Shown here piece by piece: positions 11,301 to 19,125 of a stretch of 64,000 bases of DNA (positions are counted from its first letter, which is position 1; the number at the start of each line of letters is the position of its first letter). The position numbers and the translations under genes are program-made. The notes under the pieces are model-generated. The model was not told the origin of the DNA and did not search any database. It saw only the letters and a program-made list of their open reading frames with translations. Origin of the DNA: Bacillales bacterium (lineage in GTDB: Bacteria > Bacillota > Bacilli > JARBTR01); assembly GCA_031554215.1 (NCBI GenBank), contig JAVBKF010000119.1, forward strand, positions 32,612 to 96,611, written 5' to 3'.

Positions 11301-13775
11301 TTTACGGCAGATGGAACAGCGTACAAAATGATCCTTTCAAAAGAGCGTCAATTGCCGTTACCATGGATTAATGTACTTGCTAATCCGTATTTTGGTACAA
11401 TCACTTCTGAAAAGGCAACTGGTTATACATGGTGGCGAAATAGCCGTGAGTGCAAACTAACGCCGTGGTCAAACGACCCAACCCTTGATACACCTGGGGA
11501 GCGCCTAGAACTCATTGACCATGCTAGTGGCCAGACTTGGCGAATCGGAGCAGGTGATGTAGCATGCCAAGTCACTTACGGTAGGGGTACATCGGTTTAT
11601 ACACAATCAAACCAGCAATTAAGCCAAGAAATGACTGTTTTTGTCCCAATAGATGATCCAATCAAAATCATTCGACTTCGGGTAAAAAATGATGCAGAAA
11701 CTGCACGTAAACTATCCGTTACGTATGCTGCTGATTGGGTGCTAGGTGTAAATCCGCCCGGCAATATGTCCTTTGTTGTCACAGACTGGGATGAAGCTAG
11801 TCAAACTGTGTTTGCTAAGAATCATTTCCAAGATCATTTCCGTTCTGCTACTGCATTTCTTAAAGTAGTCGATGATTCGGGGCAGGTCACAGAGGTAGGC
11901 GCATCATCTCTCAGTGATCAGGCTGAGAAAATGGGTTCATCGCTACCGGACTGTAACGATGCAGCTCAGCAAAACGCGAAGCAGGGGGACATAGCAATGC
12001 ATCGCGGTGCTGATTCAAGTGATGAGCAAGTGGCTGACGCACAGCCTACAGCAGCTGAGCAGATGGAACCACAAGGCAGTAACCGTGGTAGCAAAGTAGC
12101 AACGACATTTACACTTGATGCTGGCGGGCAAAAAGACATTTATATTCTACTTGGCTGTACCAATGCAAAACATGTTGCTAAAGAACTTGTGACAAAATAT
12201 ACGGACCCTAGCCGCTGTGAATCTGCTTTTGTAGCACTACAGGCATTTTGGGAAAAGCTACTTGGACAGATAACAGTGAAGACCCCGAGCAAAGAAATGA
12301 ATGTGATGCTCAATAATTGGCTCATGTATCAAACGCTTGGTTGCCGGATGTGGGCACGAACTGCTTTCTACCAGGCGGGTGGGGCTTATGGTTTCCGTGA
12401 TCAATTGCAAGATTCGCTTGCGCTCCTGCATGTTCGTCCAGATTTGACGCGTGCACAAATTATCCTTCATGCTTCGCATCAATATATTGAAGGGGATGTC
12501 CAGCATTGGTGGCATGAGGAGACTGCACACGGTATCCGGACGCGGTTTTCCGATGATTTACACTGGCTACCGTATGCGGTACTTCGCTACCTTGAACATA
12601 CGGGTGATAGGACGATCTTGGAGGAAACTGCACCGTATTTAGAGAGTGCACCCCTTGAACCAGACAACCATGAACGGTATGAACCGACTGTAGTTTCAGA
12701 AGAAGTAGGCACGATTTACGAGCACTGTGTTCGTGCGCTAGAACGCGGAATGACGATGGGTGAACATGGACTACCGCTTATGGGCATCGGTGACTGGAAT
12801 GATGGGATGAGCCGGATTGGTGCTGAGGGACGCGGCGAAAGTGTTTGGCTTGGTTGGTTCTACGGTAGCATTTTGCAGCAGTTTGCGAATGTGTGTGAGC
12901 ACCATGGTGATAAAGCCCGAGCCGAGCGGTACCGCTCCACTGTGAAAGAATTAGAAAACCACTTGAATATTCATGCTTGGGATGGTGCTTGGTTCAGACG
13001 TGCTTTCCATGATCAAGGGGTTTGGCTTGGTGCTGAGGATAATAGTGAGTGCCGAATTGATGCTATTGCCCAATCTTGGTCAGTGCTATCGGGACTCGGT
13101 GCAGAGAATAAAACGCGAAAGGCGATGGCTTCATTTGATCGTGAGCTCGTTGACAGACGGCTGGGGCTCGCGAAGATTCTTACACCAGGCTTTGACAAAA
13201 TGGACCCAAGTCCGGGCTATATTCAAGGATACCCACCAGGTATTCGTGAAAACGGTGGGCAGTACTCACACGGTGTCGTTTGGAGTATACTTGCTTGGAC
13301 AAAGCTAGGCGAAGGCGATAAAGCCTTTGAATTGTTCAATATGATGAATCCGATTAACCATGCGAAAACCAGTGAAGAAGTCCTGCAATACCGTGGTGAA
13401 CCTTATGTAATGGCAGCGGATGTTTACACTTCGCTACCACACGAAGGTCAATCGGGCTGGACTTGGTATACAGGCGCATCTGGATGGATGTATCAAGCGG
13501 GGATTGAAGGGATTCTAGGTCTTACGAGGCGCGCTGATAAACTGCATATAAAACCATGCATTCCAGCGAGCTGGCCAGAATATGAGATGACCTATCGTTT
13601 TGGTGAAAGCATTTACCATTTCACAGTGAAAAACAAATCAGGAACCGCAGGAGATGTGCAAAAGCTGGTAATTGATGGTGTCGATGCACAGGTTACAAAT
13701 GTGAATTCACCACTTGGTGTTGCACTTGAACTGAGTGACGATGGAGCGACACATGAGATTGAAGTGGAATTGTGA
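5400..13775 (+). CDS. cyclic beta-1,2-glucan synthase-like giant protein: N-terminal cytoplasmic domain, TM segments, GT84-like glycosyltransferase, TM segments, alpha/alpha-toroid domain, GH94 phosphorylase domain
   Basis: 2791-aa uninterrupted ORF. TM helices lie at about aa 384-450 and 790-950. The GT region carries ITLDADTELP (DxD) and QKRMHRW (Q..RW). A glucoamylase-like PTNIGYLF region is present. The C-terminal region matches the GH94 catalytic domain (NWLMYQTLGCRMWARTAFYQAGGAYGFRDQLQD...). This is the same domain order as Cgs/NdvB/ChvB. Confidence 0.75.
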   Translation: MTYFIENLREDARKLALTRISGKKKLSVRLFLTDFNQDMASLHQFADTLQENPASCGQLAENWLLDNGEFIDEQAFEVSTNLSNALLDRLPCLDSGALRIQSIVSGYLTCVDGVISDESLIAYINAYQEISALTIAEIRTIPLVLRAALIHRFAEMMQELRVRKEICHDVDQFMAQLDTQALSSAVINEALDRAGQKVPLSGAWIVHLISHLREFADDNEMVNEWLSCRFENQGDLNKIVSYEHDLQSSYQMVAGNLITSLRKNERRAWDDIFSNISVIDRIFHDEPTSVYREMDQESRNQLLNKVELLGQKLYVPERLIAERVVQLASDEVTNEKMRKRMPRSYSRQTFIAYYLCEDKGVKILARSLKNCCNPKAPAPNLTPKSEKNYFIYLTGFTVVFALMFTLWLSYGKTHLIAEWLLIISAACFLAGEWMVTWLHTSIELTVKPEPLLRYDFANGIPDDAKTLVTIPVIWSTNEEVSETAERLELHYLSCRDDHIYFALLGDFVDSDQEGMTEKDRHLYAFAKETIAQLNAKYPKENGHFFHLFQRMRSHNERDGIFMGWERKRGKLIEFVEMIHGKQDTHFQQGELSSANELPSYLHDIRYIITLDADTELPMGNAHRMIASMHLPFNRPRLNAKCSRVIEGYAMMQPRVAVSLESSRQSKLTSFWTDAGLDPYAFAAADPYQDAVGHGIFTGKGIFEIETFGLLLSNRFPDNQILSHDLLEGSFLRAGFLSDIELIDAHPNKFSAYQKRMHRWVRGDWQLVKWLFPTVRNRANQKEKTELAAISRWQIIENLRRSLLPIAYYLLLVIAIFVFSGMTGIWLSLIFLSMSLPILKQISSMFEGGRMSKGFVNTVLQVLINFWILPFQAAVVVHAVSVSLYRQLISKKHLLEWTSSSHIEKMQHRSDQRTLEGITGGYTLIILFSVLTFIYQPFIPFVFCLALCLFWALAPLGMRYLDRPTPQEELTIADEDRAILLSLAEDIWRFYEEFADEENHWLPPDNVQFDPDKGAANRTSPTNIGYLFTAILAAEQFGFISITDVVQKIERVLQTLKQMQKWNGHLFNWYDTISLTPLAPRYVSTVDSGNFVASLMATKQGLDVLRETKAEEATAERLALLSEALEQLISATNFRALYNEKAKLFVLGYNDVASRHDDILYDLLASEARQTSFVAIALGQVPVSHWMALGRSTKRLGNHMALLSWSGTMFEYLMPWQLLRTFAGTVWESTYKGIVGQQIDYAHAQGVPFGISESGYYGFDFQMNYQYYAFGVPDTGFKRGLGDELVLAPYATIMALPFALEAGLRDLGRMAKLGARGKYGFFEAIDFTKKRMPEDEDYMIVKSCMAHHQGMSLLTLVNLLHQNKMVELFHRDMRVRSAELLLKERIPTKASKIHEHVSHEEKKQTQKKAQHHYKRRYESAEMPVDVNIHSNGRLTSLVTTQGAGFLQFDGVAITRWREQSPLSWGNFLYIRDVDSGETCSPTFEPCQKPARKMSTQFALGHSSFSQESDSLQTTMEICISPEADVEFRKFTITNLHHEERALELTTFAELALAPMQADEAHQAFSKLFIETDYDVGHNCLLARKRPRHQQENGLWAYHTMALISNEQSATEVERRQMEHETDRHWFIGRGYSGGHPRGLLEPLKGTTGAVVDPAFIMRKSLNLRPNETATLIILTGATDSRAAALEAVQKYTDADQVEAAFRLSWTRGQIELRHFRLTQQEIATFQQLVGKVLFTNHTSEERRQAIVANKLGQKSLWSIGISGDRPIVLIRIPDTSSLTLVKKLLTCHEYLRNMGLRYSFVFLNETEEGYQQDVQNMLNRLVEKAVEGEQSDAGRIHVVTAKLLDPAVKTLLVAMARITFEANGPSLKSQLHIGRKNPSKYRMKSCTANASARKEAVLANQTEAGFGVPDPKAKPGGRGYYHEGVAVSEAKPFATQTKIAAMSESQDEASETVHNGKDELLFYNGYGGFTADGTAYKMILSKERQLPLPWINVLANPYFGTITSEKATGYTWWRNSRECKLTPWSNDPTLDTPGERLELIDHASGQTWRIGAGDVACQVTYGRGTSVYTQSNQQLSQEMTVFVPIDDPIKIIRLRVKNDAETARKLSVTYAADWVLGVNPPGNMSFVVTDWDEASQTVFAKNHFQDHFRSATAFLKVVDDSGQVTEVGASSLSDQAEKMGSSLPDCNDAAQQNAKQGDIAMHRGADSSDEQVADAQPTAAEQMEPQGSNRGSKVATTFTLDAGGQKDIYILLGCTNAKHVAKELVTKYTDPSRCESAFVALQAFWEKLLGQITVKTPSKEMNVMLNNWLMYQTLGCRMWARTAFYQAGGAYGFRDQLQDSLALLHVRPDLTRAQIILHASHQYIEGDVQHWWHEETAHGIRTRFSDDLHWLPYAVLRYLEHTGDRTILEETAPYLESAPLEPDNHERYEPTVVSEEVGTIYEHCVRALERGMTMGEHGLPLMGIGDWNDGMSRIGAEGRGESVWLGWFYGSILQQFANVCEHHGDKARAERYRSTVKELENHLNIHAWDGAWFRRAFHDQGVWLGAEDNSECRIDAIAQSWSVLSGLGAENKTRKAMASFDRELVDRRLGLAKILTPGFDKMDPSPGYIQGYPPGIRENGGQYSHGVVWSILAWTKLGEGDKAFELFNMMNPINHAKTSEEVLQYRGEPYVMAADVYTSLPHEGQSGWTWYTGASGWMYQAGIEGILGLTRRADKLHIKPCIPASWPEYEMTYRFGESIYHFTVKNKSGTAGDVQKLVIDGVDAQVTNVNSPLGVALELSDDGATHEIEVEL

Positions 13776-13924
13776 TTTAGGTTGAAAGTGCTTGATTAAA
13801 GTTGAGAGCAGGTTTTTGATTATCATTTGAGATGACGATGCTGAAACGTTTTGTGAAACGCGTTCTTATTGCATGTTCAATCATCGGCTCATGGTCTGAA
13901 GGATTTTTGCCGAAAAAAGGCGCA

Positions 13925-13970
13925 AAGGACAAGGGAGGCTTATCGCTAGCTCCCTTGTCCTATTGTTTTA
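13925..13970 (+). terminator. rho-independent terminator of the glucan-synthase-like gene
   Basis: GGACAAGGGAG...CTCCCTTGTCC stem followed by TATTGTTTT. Confidence 0.75.
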
Positions 13971-14524
13971 TGACTCGTTTTGATGTCCAGTGAAACTCAC
14001 TCCAGTCTAATACAGGCAGTTTGTTCCGGCAGGCGTGTTCAAATTGTGAGACTCCCTGTAAGCAACGATTGTCAACTACTAATCGCAGGCCTCACGCTCG
14101 TATCGAGGATGGTAAAGATATTGATTTCTAGTCCATGAATGATAGGTTGCATCGAACCATTATTTACAGTACGTGTTCCGCCGTATCTACGGTGTAGAGT
14201 TTGCTTTTTCTCCTAAGGTGTTCATACCATGTCTTGTTAACCATCATCAATTCCCCATTAGAAAAGGTGGAAATTCTGACTAGTCTATTTTAATAACGCA
14301 TCAATAAATCACTCGTTTCTATGTCATAAGAACCGACTTCTAGATTTGACCACGGCTTAACATGAATTGAAGGTAGAGAGAGCATGTTTATCAATTGCGC
14401 CTTTGGTTTGTCAGACGATGTGCCTTGTCCATATTTTTCATTCTATTCTGATTTATCTTCCGTGAAAGATTCTATTTTTTCCGACAATGAATAAGATGAA
14501 ATATCATAGTCAAGGGGGACAAAG

Positions 14525-15700
14525 ATGAAGAAATTTTATATCTTATTAACTGTTGTAGCATTGGTGGGCAGTTTGCTAGCTGGCTGTGGATCAAATGGGT
14601 CTGGGGGTTCAGACTTAAAGGAAATTAAGATTGCGACACAGAGCCCGTTGTCAGGTGGTAGTGCAACACTCGGTGAGGCCATTAAACTCGGTGCAGAACT
14701 CAATTTATCAGAACAAAAAGCAGCATTCAAAGAGCTTGGTTACTCATTGAAACTTGTTCCTTACGATGATCAAGGAGATCCTAAAAAAGGTGTTTCCAAT
14801 GCACAAACACTCGGTGCTGATAAGTCAATTGTAGCCCTTGTTGGTCATCTTAATTCAGGTGTGGCAATTCCTTCATCGAAAGTGTATGAGCAATATGGAT
14901 TAGCAATGGTATCCCCTGCTAATACGGCAGTGGATGTAACAGAAAGAGGACTGAAAACAGTTAACCGTATCGTAGCACGCGACGATTTGCAAGGACCGGC
15001 TGGCGCGAAATATGCAATCAACGAACTAGGTGCTAAGAAGATTTTCATCATTCAAGATAAGACAGCTTATGGCTCGGGGCTTGCAGATGCATTCAAGGCT
15101 GCTGCAGAGAAAGCAGGTGCTGAAGTTGTTGGTTTTGAAGGGATTACTGTCGGGGAGAAAGATTTCAATGGTGTGCTAAACCTCGTGGCCAACCAGAAAC
15201 CGGATGCATTATTCTTTGCTGGTTTATATTCAGAAGGTGGACTCATTATTAAACAAGCACGTGAAAAAGGCATTGATATCCCAATTCTCGGTGCAGATGG
15301 GATGGATTCGTCAACGCTCGTTGAAATTGCAGGTGATGCTGTGAAAAATACATATATCACTTCTGTTGCAGGCGATGCAGCCGCATCCAAAAAAGGCACT
15401 GCGTTTGTTGAAAATTATAAGAAAAAATTTGGTAAAAACGTAGAATCATTCTCAGTGTATGGCTATGATTCGATGGGTGTTGTCTTAGATGGTCTTAAAA
15501 GAGCGATTAAAGCCAATGATGGAAAGTTACCAAAGAGAGATGTGATTGCAGCAGCTATCCGTGCAACCAAAGATTATCAGGGTGCATTAACGCAAGTTTC
15601 GTTTGATAGCAAAGGGGATAATGAAAACGCGAAGGTATTTATTTATAAATTTAGCGAAGCGAAATACCCAGCAGACATGGTGTCAGAAGTGACGAAGTAG
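14525..15700 (+). CDS. branched-chain amino acid ABC transporter substrate-binding lipoprotein (LivJ/LivK-like, Peripla_BP_6)
   Basis: Signal peptide with lipobox LLAGC. Type-I periplasmic binding fold similar to Leu/Ile/Val-binding proteins. GGGGGA RBS is present. Confidence 0.8.
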   Translation: MKKFYILLTVVALVGSLLAGCGSNGSGGSDLKEIKIATQSPLSGGSATLGEAIKLGAELNLSEQKAAFKELGYSLKLVPYDDQGDPKKGVSNAQTLGADKSIVALVGHLNSGVAIPSSKVYEQYGLAMVSPANTAVDVTERGLKTVNRIVARDDLQGPAGAKYAINELGAKKIFIIQDKTAYGSGLADAFKAAAEKAGAEVVGFEGITVGEKDFNGVLNLVANQKPDALFFAGLYSEGGLIIKQAREKGIDIPILGADGMDSSTLVEIAGDAVKNTYITSVAGDAAASKKGTAFVENYKKKFGKNVESFSVYGYDSMGVVLDGLKRAIKANDGKLPKRDVIAAAIRATKDYQGALTQVSFDSKGDNENAKVFIYKFSEAKYPADMVSEVTK

Positions 15701-15744
15701 TCTTGCCCTGCAGTGATACATTAATCAAACACCAAACACCAAAC

Positions 15745-15795
15745 ACGCAATGTCTCCCTGCTGATTCATCAGCAGAGAGGGGCATTGCGTTTTAT
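15745..15795. terminator. bidirectional terminator between the binding-protein gene (+) and the PadR-associated membrane gene (-)
   Basis: ACGCAATGtCTCCCTGCTGA...TCAGCAGagAGGGGcATTGCGT long hairpin followed by TTTT. It is preceded by the A-rich repeats ACACCAA ACACCAA ACACGCAA. Confidence 0.7.
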
Positions 15796-15812
15796 CAATT
15801 TAACAAGGTTTT

Positions 15813-16832
15813 TTAGCGCTTGCTGGTTATTTCAGCTGTGAAGTGATTTTCCCTCACAGTGCGTTTCGCTTTCACAAAACCCATGACAGTGTCGATAATT
15901 GCAATGATGAAAATAACCAAAATCGTGATGATCCGCGCTGATGCAAATCCGTCTTTCACAGACCTCAGTGAGATATCTAGTAAATCAGCTAAGTATTGCA
16001 TAAAATCCGCTTCAACCAACGATTGGTCTAGTAACATCATTGTCGCAAGGATGCAAAAGTAGAGATTCTGGATTGTGTTGACAATGGCGATTTGCTGGTT
16101 CCAAGTGCCCTTAATCAGTTTCATTATATTCATCGCTAAATAAAGTGCAATATATAGCATCATAAAGGGCAAATACTGATTGTAGCGGTCTGCATTGAAT
16201 AAGGCCGGGATTGGTTCAGCCGTTGTATAAAAAAACCTAAAATTGGGCGTGAAGAAGATCAAGAAAGAAAAAATAAGCGTAAAGACAATGCTGACAATCG
16301 GCTCATACTTTGGAATTTGTTGCTGTGGTATAGCTGGTAAAGTGCCTGGGTCCCAAGTGGTAGGAATCGCCTTGCCATGCTTCGCTTCGTAATAGACAAC
16401 TTTCTCAATAATGATAAAGACGACAGCAACGATAGCGGCACTGAGAAAACCTGATAAGACTGTTGTGCCATAAATGTCAAAGAAATGCCCGAAAACAAAA
16501 CTCAGTGTAGGTGTTGATTCAGCTGAAAGTGTGACAGCAATGATTTTTCCTACCGCAACGACGGACATCGTGATGATGACCACTAGCTTCACAGTTGCAA
16601 GGAAGCTATGATAATACGTTGGACCGATTAAATATTGATGATCACTATGGTAGGCTTTCGCAAGTTCTTCTGGTTTTCCGAGGCTAGTCAAGACTGCCTT
16701 AATAGCTGCTGTTGAGGCAGAGGGAGGCAACATATCCTCAATGTTTGCTCTTAATTCATTGGTCACCTCAATCCGTGATTTTTTTGGTAAGTGCTTAACG
16801 ACTGCATAGATGTAGCGTTCAACTAAATCCAT
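15813..16832 (-). CDS. PadR-associated polytopic membrane protein (N-terminal HAAS/DUF1700-like or permease-prefix-like helical domain plus about 6 TM)
   Basis: Starts 13 nt after the padR stop, with AGGAGGTG RBS. The N-terminus MDLVERYIYAVVKHLPKK..ELRANIEDML is typical of anti-sigma-like sensor domains found downstream of PadR regulators. Confidence 0.5.
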   Translation of the reverse strand: MDLVERYIYAVVKHLPKKSRIEVTNELRANIEDMLPPSASTAAIKAVLTSLGKPEELAKAYHSDHQYLIGPTYYHSFLATVKLVVIITMSVVAVGKIIAVTLSAESTPTLSFVFGHFFDIYGTTVLSGFLSAAIVAVVFIIIEKVVYYEAKHGKAIPTTWDPGTLPAIPQQQIPKYEPIVSIVFTLIFSFLIFFTPNFRFFYTTAEPIPALFNADRYNQYLPFMMLYIALYLAMNIMKLIKGTWNQQIAIVNTIQNLYFCILATMMLLDQSLVEADFMQYLADLLDISLRSVKDGFASARIITILVIFIIAIIDTVMGFVKAKRTVRENHFTAEITSKR

Positions 16833-16845
16833 TTCTGTACACCTC

Positions 16846-17178
16846 CTATATAAATTGCGCCATCTGATTCACGACGTTCTTCCATTCTAGCTTCAACTGA
16901 TGATAAATCCGTTTTCCCATCAAGCTCATTTGATAATATTTTCGTGGTCTTGTTTCGGTTGTGTCCCACTCACTAACGAGAAGTCCTTGCTTTTCAAGGC
17001 GCCGAAGCAATGGATAGAGTGTTCCAGCTTCGATACCTGCATGTTTTTCCTCAAGTAGTTGCAATAGGGAGTAGCCGTATTGTGGTGAAGTCAGTTGACT
17101 CAGTACAACTAAAGTGATTGTGCCGCGCTTCAGTTCAACGAGAATGGTCGCCAACAGCTCTTCCTCTTGTGCCATCAT
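16846..17178 (-). CDS. PadR-family transcriptional regulator
   Basis: Winged-HTH PadR signature ...YGYSLLQLLEE...GTLYPLLRRLEKQGLL...YY.... The start was chosen at the third ATG after the GGGGGGA RBS; the ORF track begins at a GTG at 17190. Confidence 0.8.
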   Translation of the reverse strand: MMAQEEELLATILVELKRGTITLVVLSQLTSPQYGYSLLQLLEEKHAGIEAGTLYPLLRRLEKQGLLVSEWDTTETRPRKYYQMSLMGKRIYHQLKLEWKNVVNQMAQFI

Positions 17179-17424
17179 CATTCCCCCCACTCAGTCTCAA
17201 TAAATTTGTTTCGACACCTCATACTATAGTGTATGTAATACAGTATGTCAAATAAGTAGTAGGAATTACTTGTGGCAAGTGGGTGAAAACGACAATGTAG
17301 TCGTCCTGTTAGGTTAGCGAGTCAATGACGAAGCTAAGTGATATGGGCAATAATACCTGAAGATAGGGTATTTTACCGTGCCATGTATGTAGTATAATCA
17401 TCTAAGGAAAGAAGGTGTACAGGT

Positions 17425-18327
17425 ATGGAAATGATACCTGCCAAACATATAGTGATAAAGACCAAGAGCCCAGCTGGATGGTTTGGTGTGAATGAGTCCA
17501 TGAATATTTATCGTGGGTGTTCGCATGGCTGTATTTACTGTGACAGTCGTAGTGACTGCTATCAAAATCCGAATTTCGATACAGTGAAGGTGAAGGAAGA
17601 TGCACTGCGGGTGATTCATGATGATTTACAGCGTAAAAAGGTGAAAGGGATTGTCGGAACGGGCGCGATGAGTGATCCTTATAATCCAGTTGAAAAGCAC
17701 CTACGGCTTACCCGGCAAGCACTGGAACTACTGAACAGGTTTCGGTTCGGCGTGGCGATTGATACGAAAAGCCCCCTTGTTACACGTGATGTCGATGTTC
17801 TGCGGGCGATCATGGCGCACTCACCAGTGATTGTTAAAATGACAGTGACAACTGCTGATGATGATTTATGCCGACAATTGGAACCGTATGTAGCAGCAAC
17901 TTCAGAGCGGTTTGCAGCACTGAAAACACTCTCTGATAGCGGGATTTTCTGTGGTGTGCTGATGATGCCGATTCTACCGTTTATCAATGATTCAGAAGAG
18001 AACATCGTAGGCATACTACAACAAGCAAAGGCCGCGGGTGCCAAGTTTGTGTACCCAGCAATGGGCATGACGCTCCGCTCTGGCAACAGAGAGTACTACT
18101 ATCAGAAGTTAGAGGAACGATTTCCTGGGCTCAAACAGCAATACATTCAGGTATATGGCAATAGATATAATTGTTCAAGCCTGCATGCAAAGAAGCTATG
18201 GTCTGTGTTCTTATCAACATGCAACGAGCTAGGTTTGCTCTATAACATGACTGATATCATTACAGCCTATCAAAGTGGATATCGAACGGAACAACTGAGC
18301 CTATTCGGTGATGAATTGGAATGGTAG
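17425..18327 (+). CDS. radical SAM protein of the SPL / COG1533 (DNA-photolyase-like, Rv2578c-type) family
   Basis: CxxxCxxC cluster motif YRGCSHGCIYC near the N-terminus, in the same context as COG1533 proteins. GAAGGTG RBS is present. Confidence 0.7.
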   Translation: MEMIPAKHIVIKTKSPAGWFGVNESMNIYRGCSHGCIYCDSRSDCYQNPNFDTVKVKEDALRVIHDDLQRKKVKGIVGTGAMSDPYNPVEKHLRLTRQALELLNRFRFGVAIDTKSPLVTRDVDVLRAIMAHSPVIVKMTVTTADDDLCRQLEPYVAATSERFAALKTLSDSGIFCGVLMMPILPFINDSEENIVGILQQAKAAGAKFVYPAMGMTLRSGNREYYYQKLEERFPGLKQQYIQVYGNRYNCSSLHAKKLWSVFLSTCNELGLLYNMTDIITAYQSGYRTEQLSLFGDELEW

Positions 18328-18377
18328 ACTTCCTGCAATTGGACCCGATAGCGATTATTTCATTTAAGGAGTAGCGT

Positions 18378-18689
18378 ATGAAGGATGTAGATAGAAAAGA
18401 ATTTTATCAAAAAGTATACCACTTAGTTGGGAAAGTACCAGCGGGATATGTCCTAACCTATGGGACGATTGCCTTCCTTTGCGAGAGACCACAAAATTCC
18501 CGTATGGTTGGAAAAGCAATGACAGTGGTACCGAATGATGTTCCAGCCCACCGTGTGGTGAATCATGCCGGGAGGACAGTACCTGGGTGGGATGAACAGC
18601 GGTTGCTGCTTGAAGATGAGGGTGTCACTTTTAAGGAAAATGGTCATGTCGATCTAAAGAAACATATTTGGAGGCAAGCCACAATATGA
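18378..18689 (+). CDS. alkyltransferase-like protein (ATL; MGMT DNA-binding fold without the acceptor cysteine)
   Basis: MGMT C-terminal-domain sequence with TYGTIA HTH. The active-site motif is PAHRVV instead of PCHRV (Ala replaces the alkyl-acceptor Cys, as in TTHA1564-type ATLs). The C-terminus resembles E. coli YbaZ. It lies 50 nt downstream of the radical SAM gene. Confidence 0.75.
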   Translation: MKDVDRKEFYQKVYHLVGKVPAGYVLTYGTIAFLCERPQNSRMVGKAMTVVPNDVPAHRVVNHAGRTVPGWDEQRLLLEDEGVTFKENGHVDLKKHIWRQATI

Positions 18690-18810
18690 TGTGGCGTTTT
18701 TATAGAGTGGGGGTCATTAAATGCTTTGACTTGCATGATTTTTTTCTGTATCATTAGCCATGTGTAGCACTGGTTTTGATTAAAAGTAAATTGATTGGAG
18801 GAATTATCCA

Positions 18811-19125
18811 ATGCCGAAAGAAGATTTTGAGCTTCAAGTGTTGACGTTACTAACAGAATTTAAAAAAGAATTAACAGGATTTAAAGAAGAACTAACAGGA
18901 ATAAAAAAAGATGTTGCTGAACTCACAGATAAAGTTTCCTTATTAATGATGAATGACGAGCGTCATCGGGAAGACCTTGATGAAATTAAGCTGAATTTGT
19001 ATAAAACGAAACATGAGCCAAATGAAATTTCTCAATTATTAAAAGTTCATGGCAATATACTCCAGCGCAATACCTACGATATTGAGGTACTTAAAACAAA
19101 AGAATCAGAAAAGATCCCAGTCTAA
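18811..19125 (+). CDS. hypothetical coiled-coil protein with internal tandem peptide repeat (ELTGFKE / ELTGIKK)
   Basis: 104 aa with TGGAGGAA RBS. No recognisable family. A 21-nt imperfect tandem DNA repeat lies at 18868-18909. Confidence 0.45.
   Translation: MPKEDFELQVLTLLTEFKKELTGFKEELTGIKKDVAELTDKVSLLMMNDERHREDLDEIKLNLYKTKHEPNEISQLLKVHGNILQRNTYDIEVLKTKESEKIPV

Noticed and set aside
8209-13308. Numerous 60-127-aa ORFs on both strands inside the giant glucan-synthase gene
   Set aside because: All are embedded in, or antisense to, a continuous 2791-codon frame with coherent domain content. None has an RBS. They are typical shadow ORFs.
13971-14524. Possible T-box or other riboswitch in the 550-nt leader of the Leu/Ile/Val-binding protein gene
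   Set aside because: I searched for the T-box consensus (AGGGTGGnACCGCG) and common riboswitch cores and found none. Only a partial GGTGG at about 14265 lacks the ACCGCG partner. I leave it as an unexplained long leader rather than call a riboswitch.
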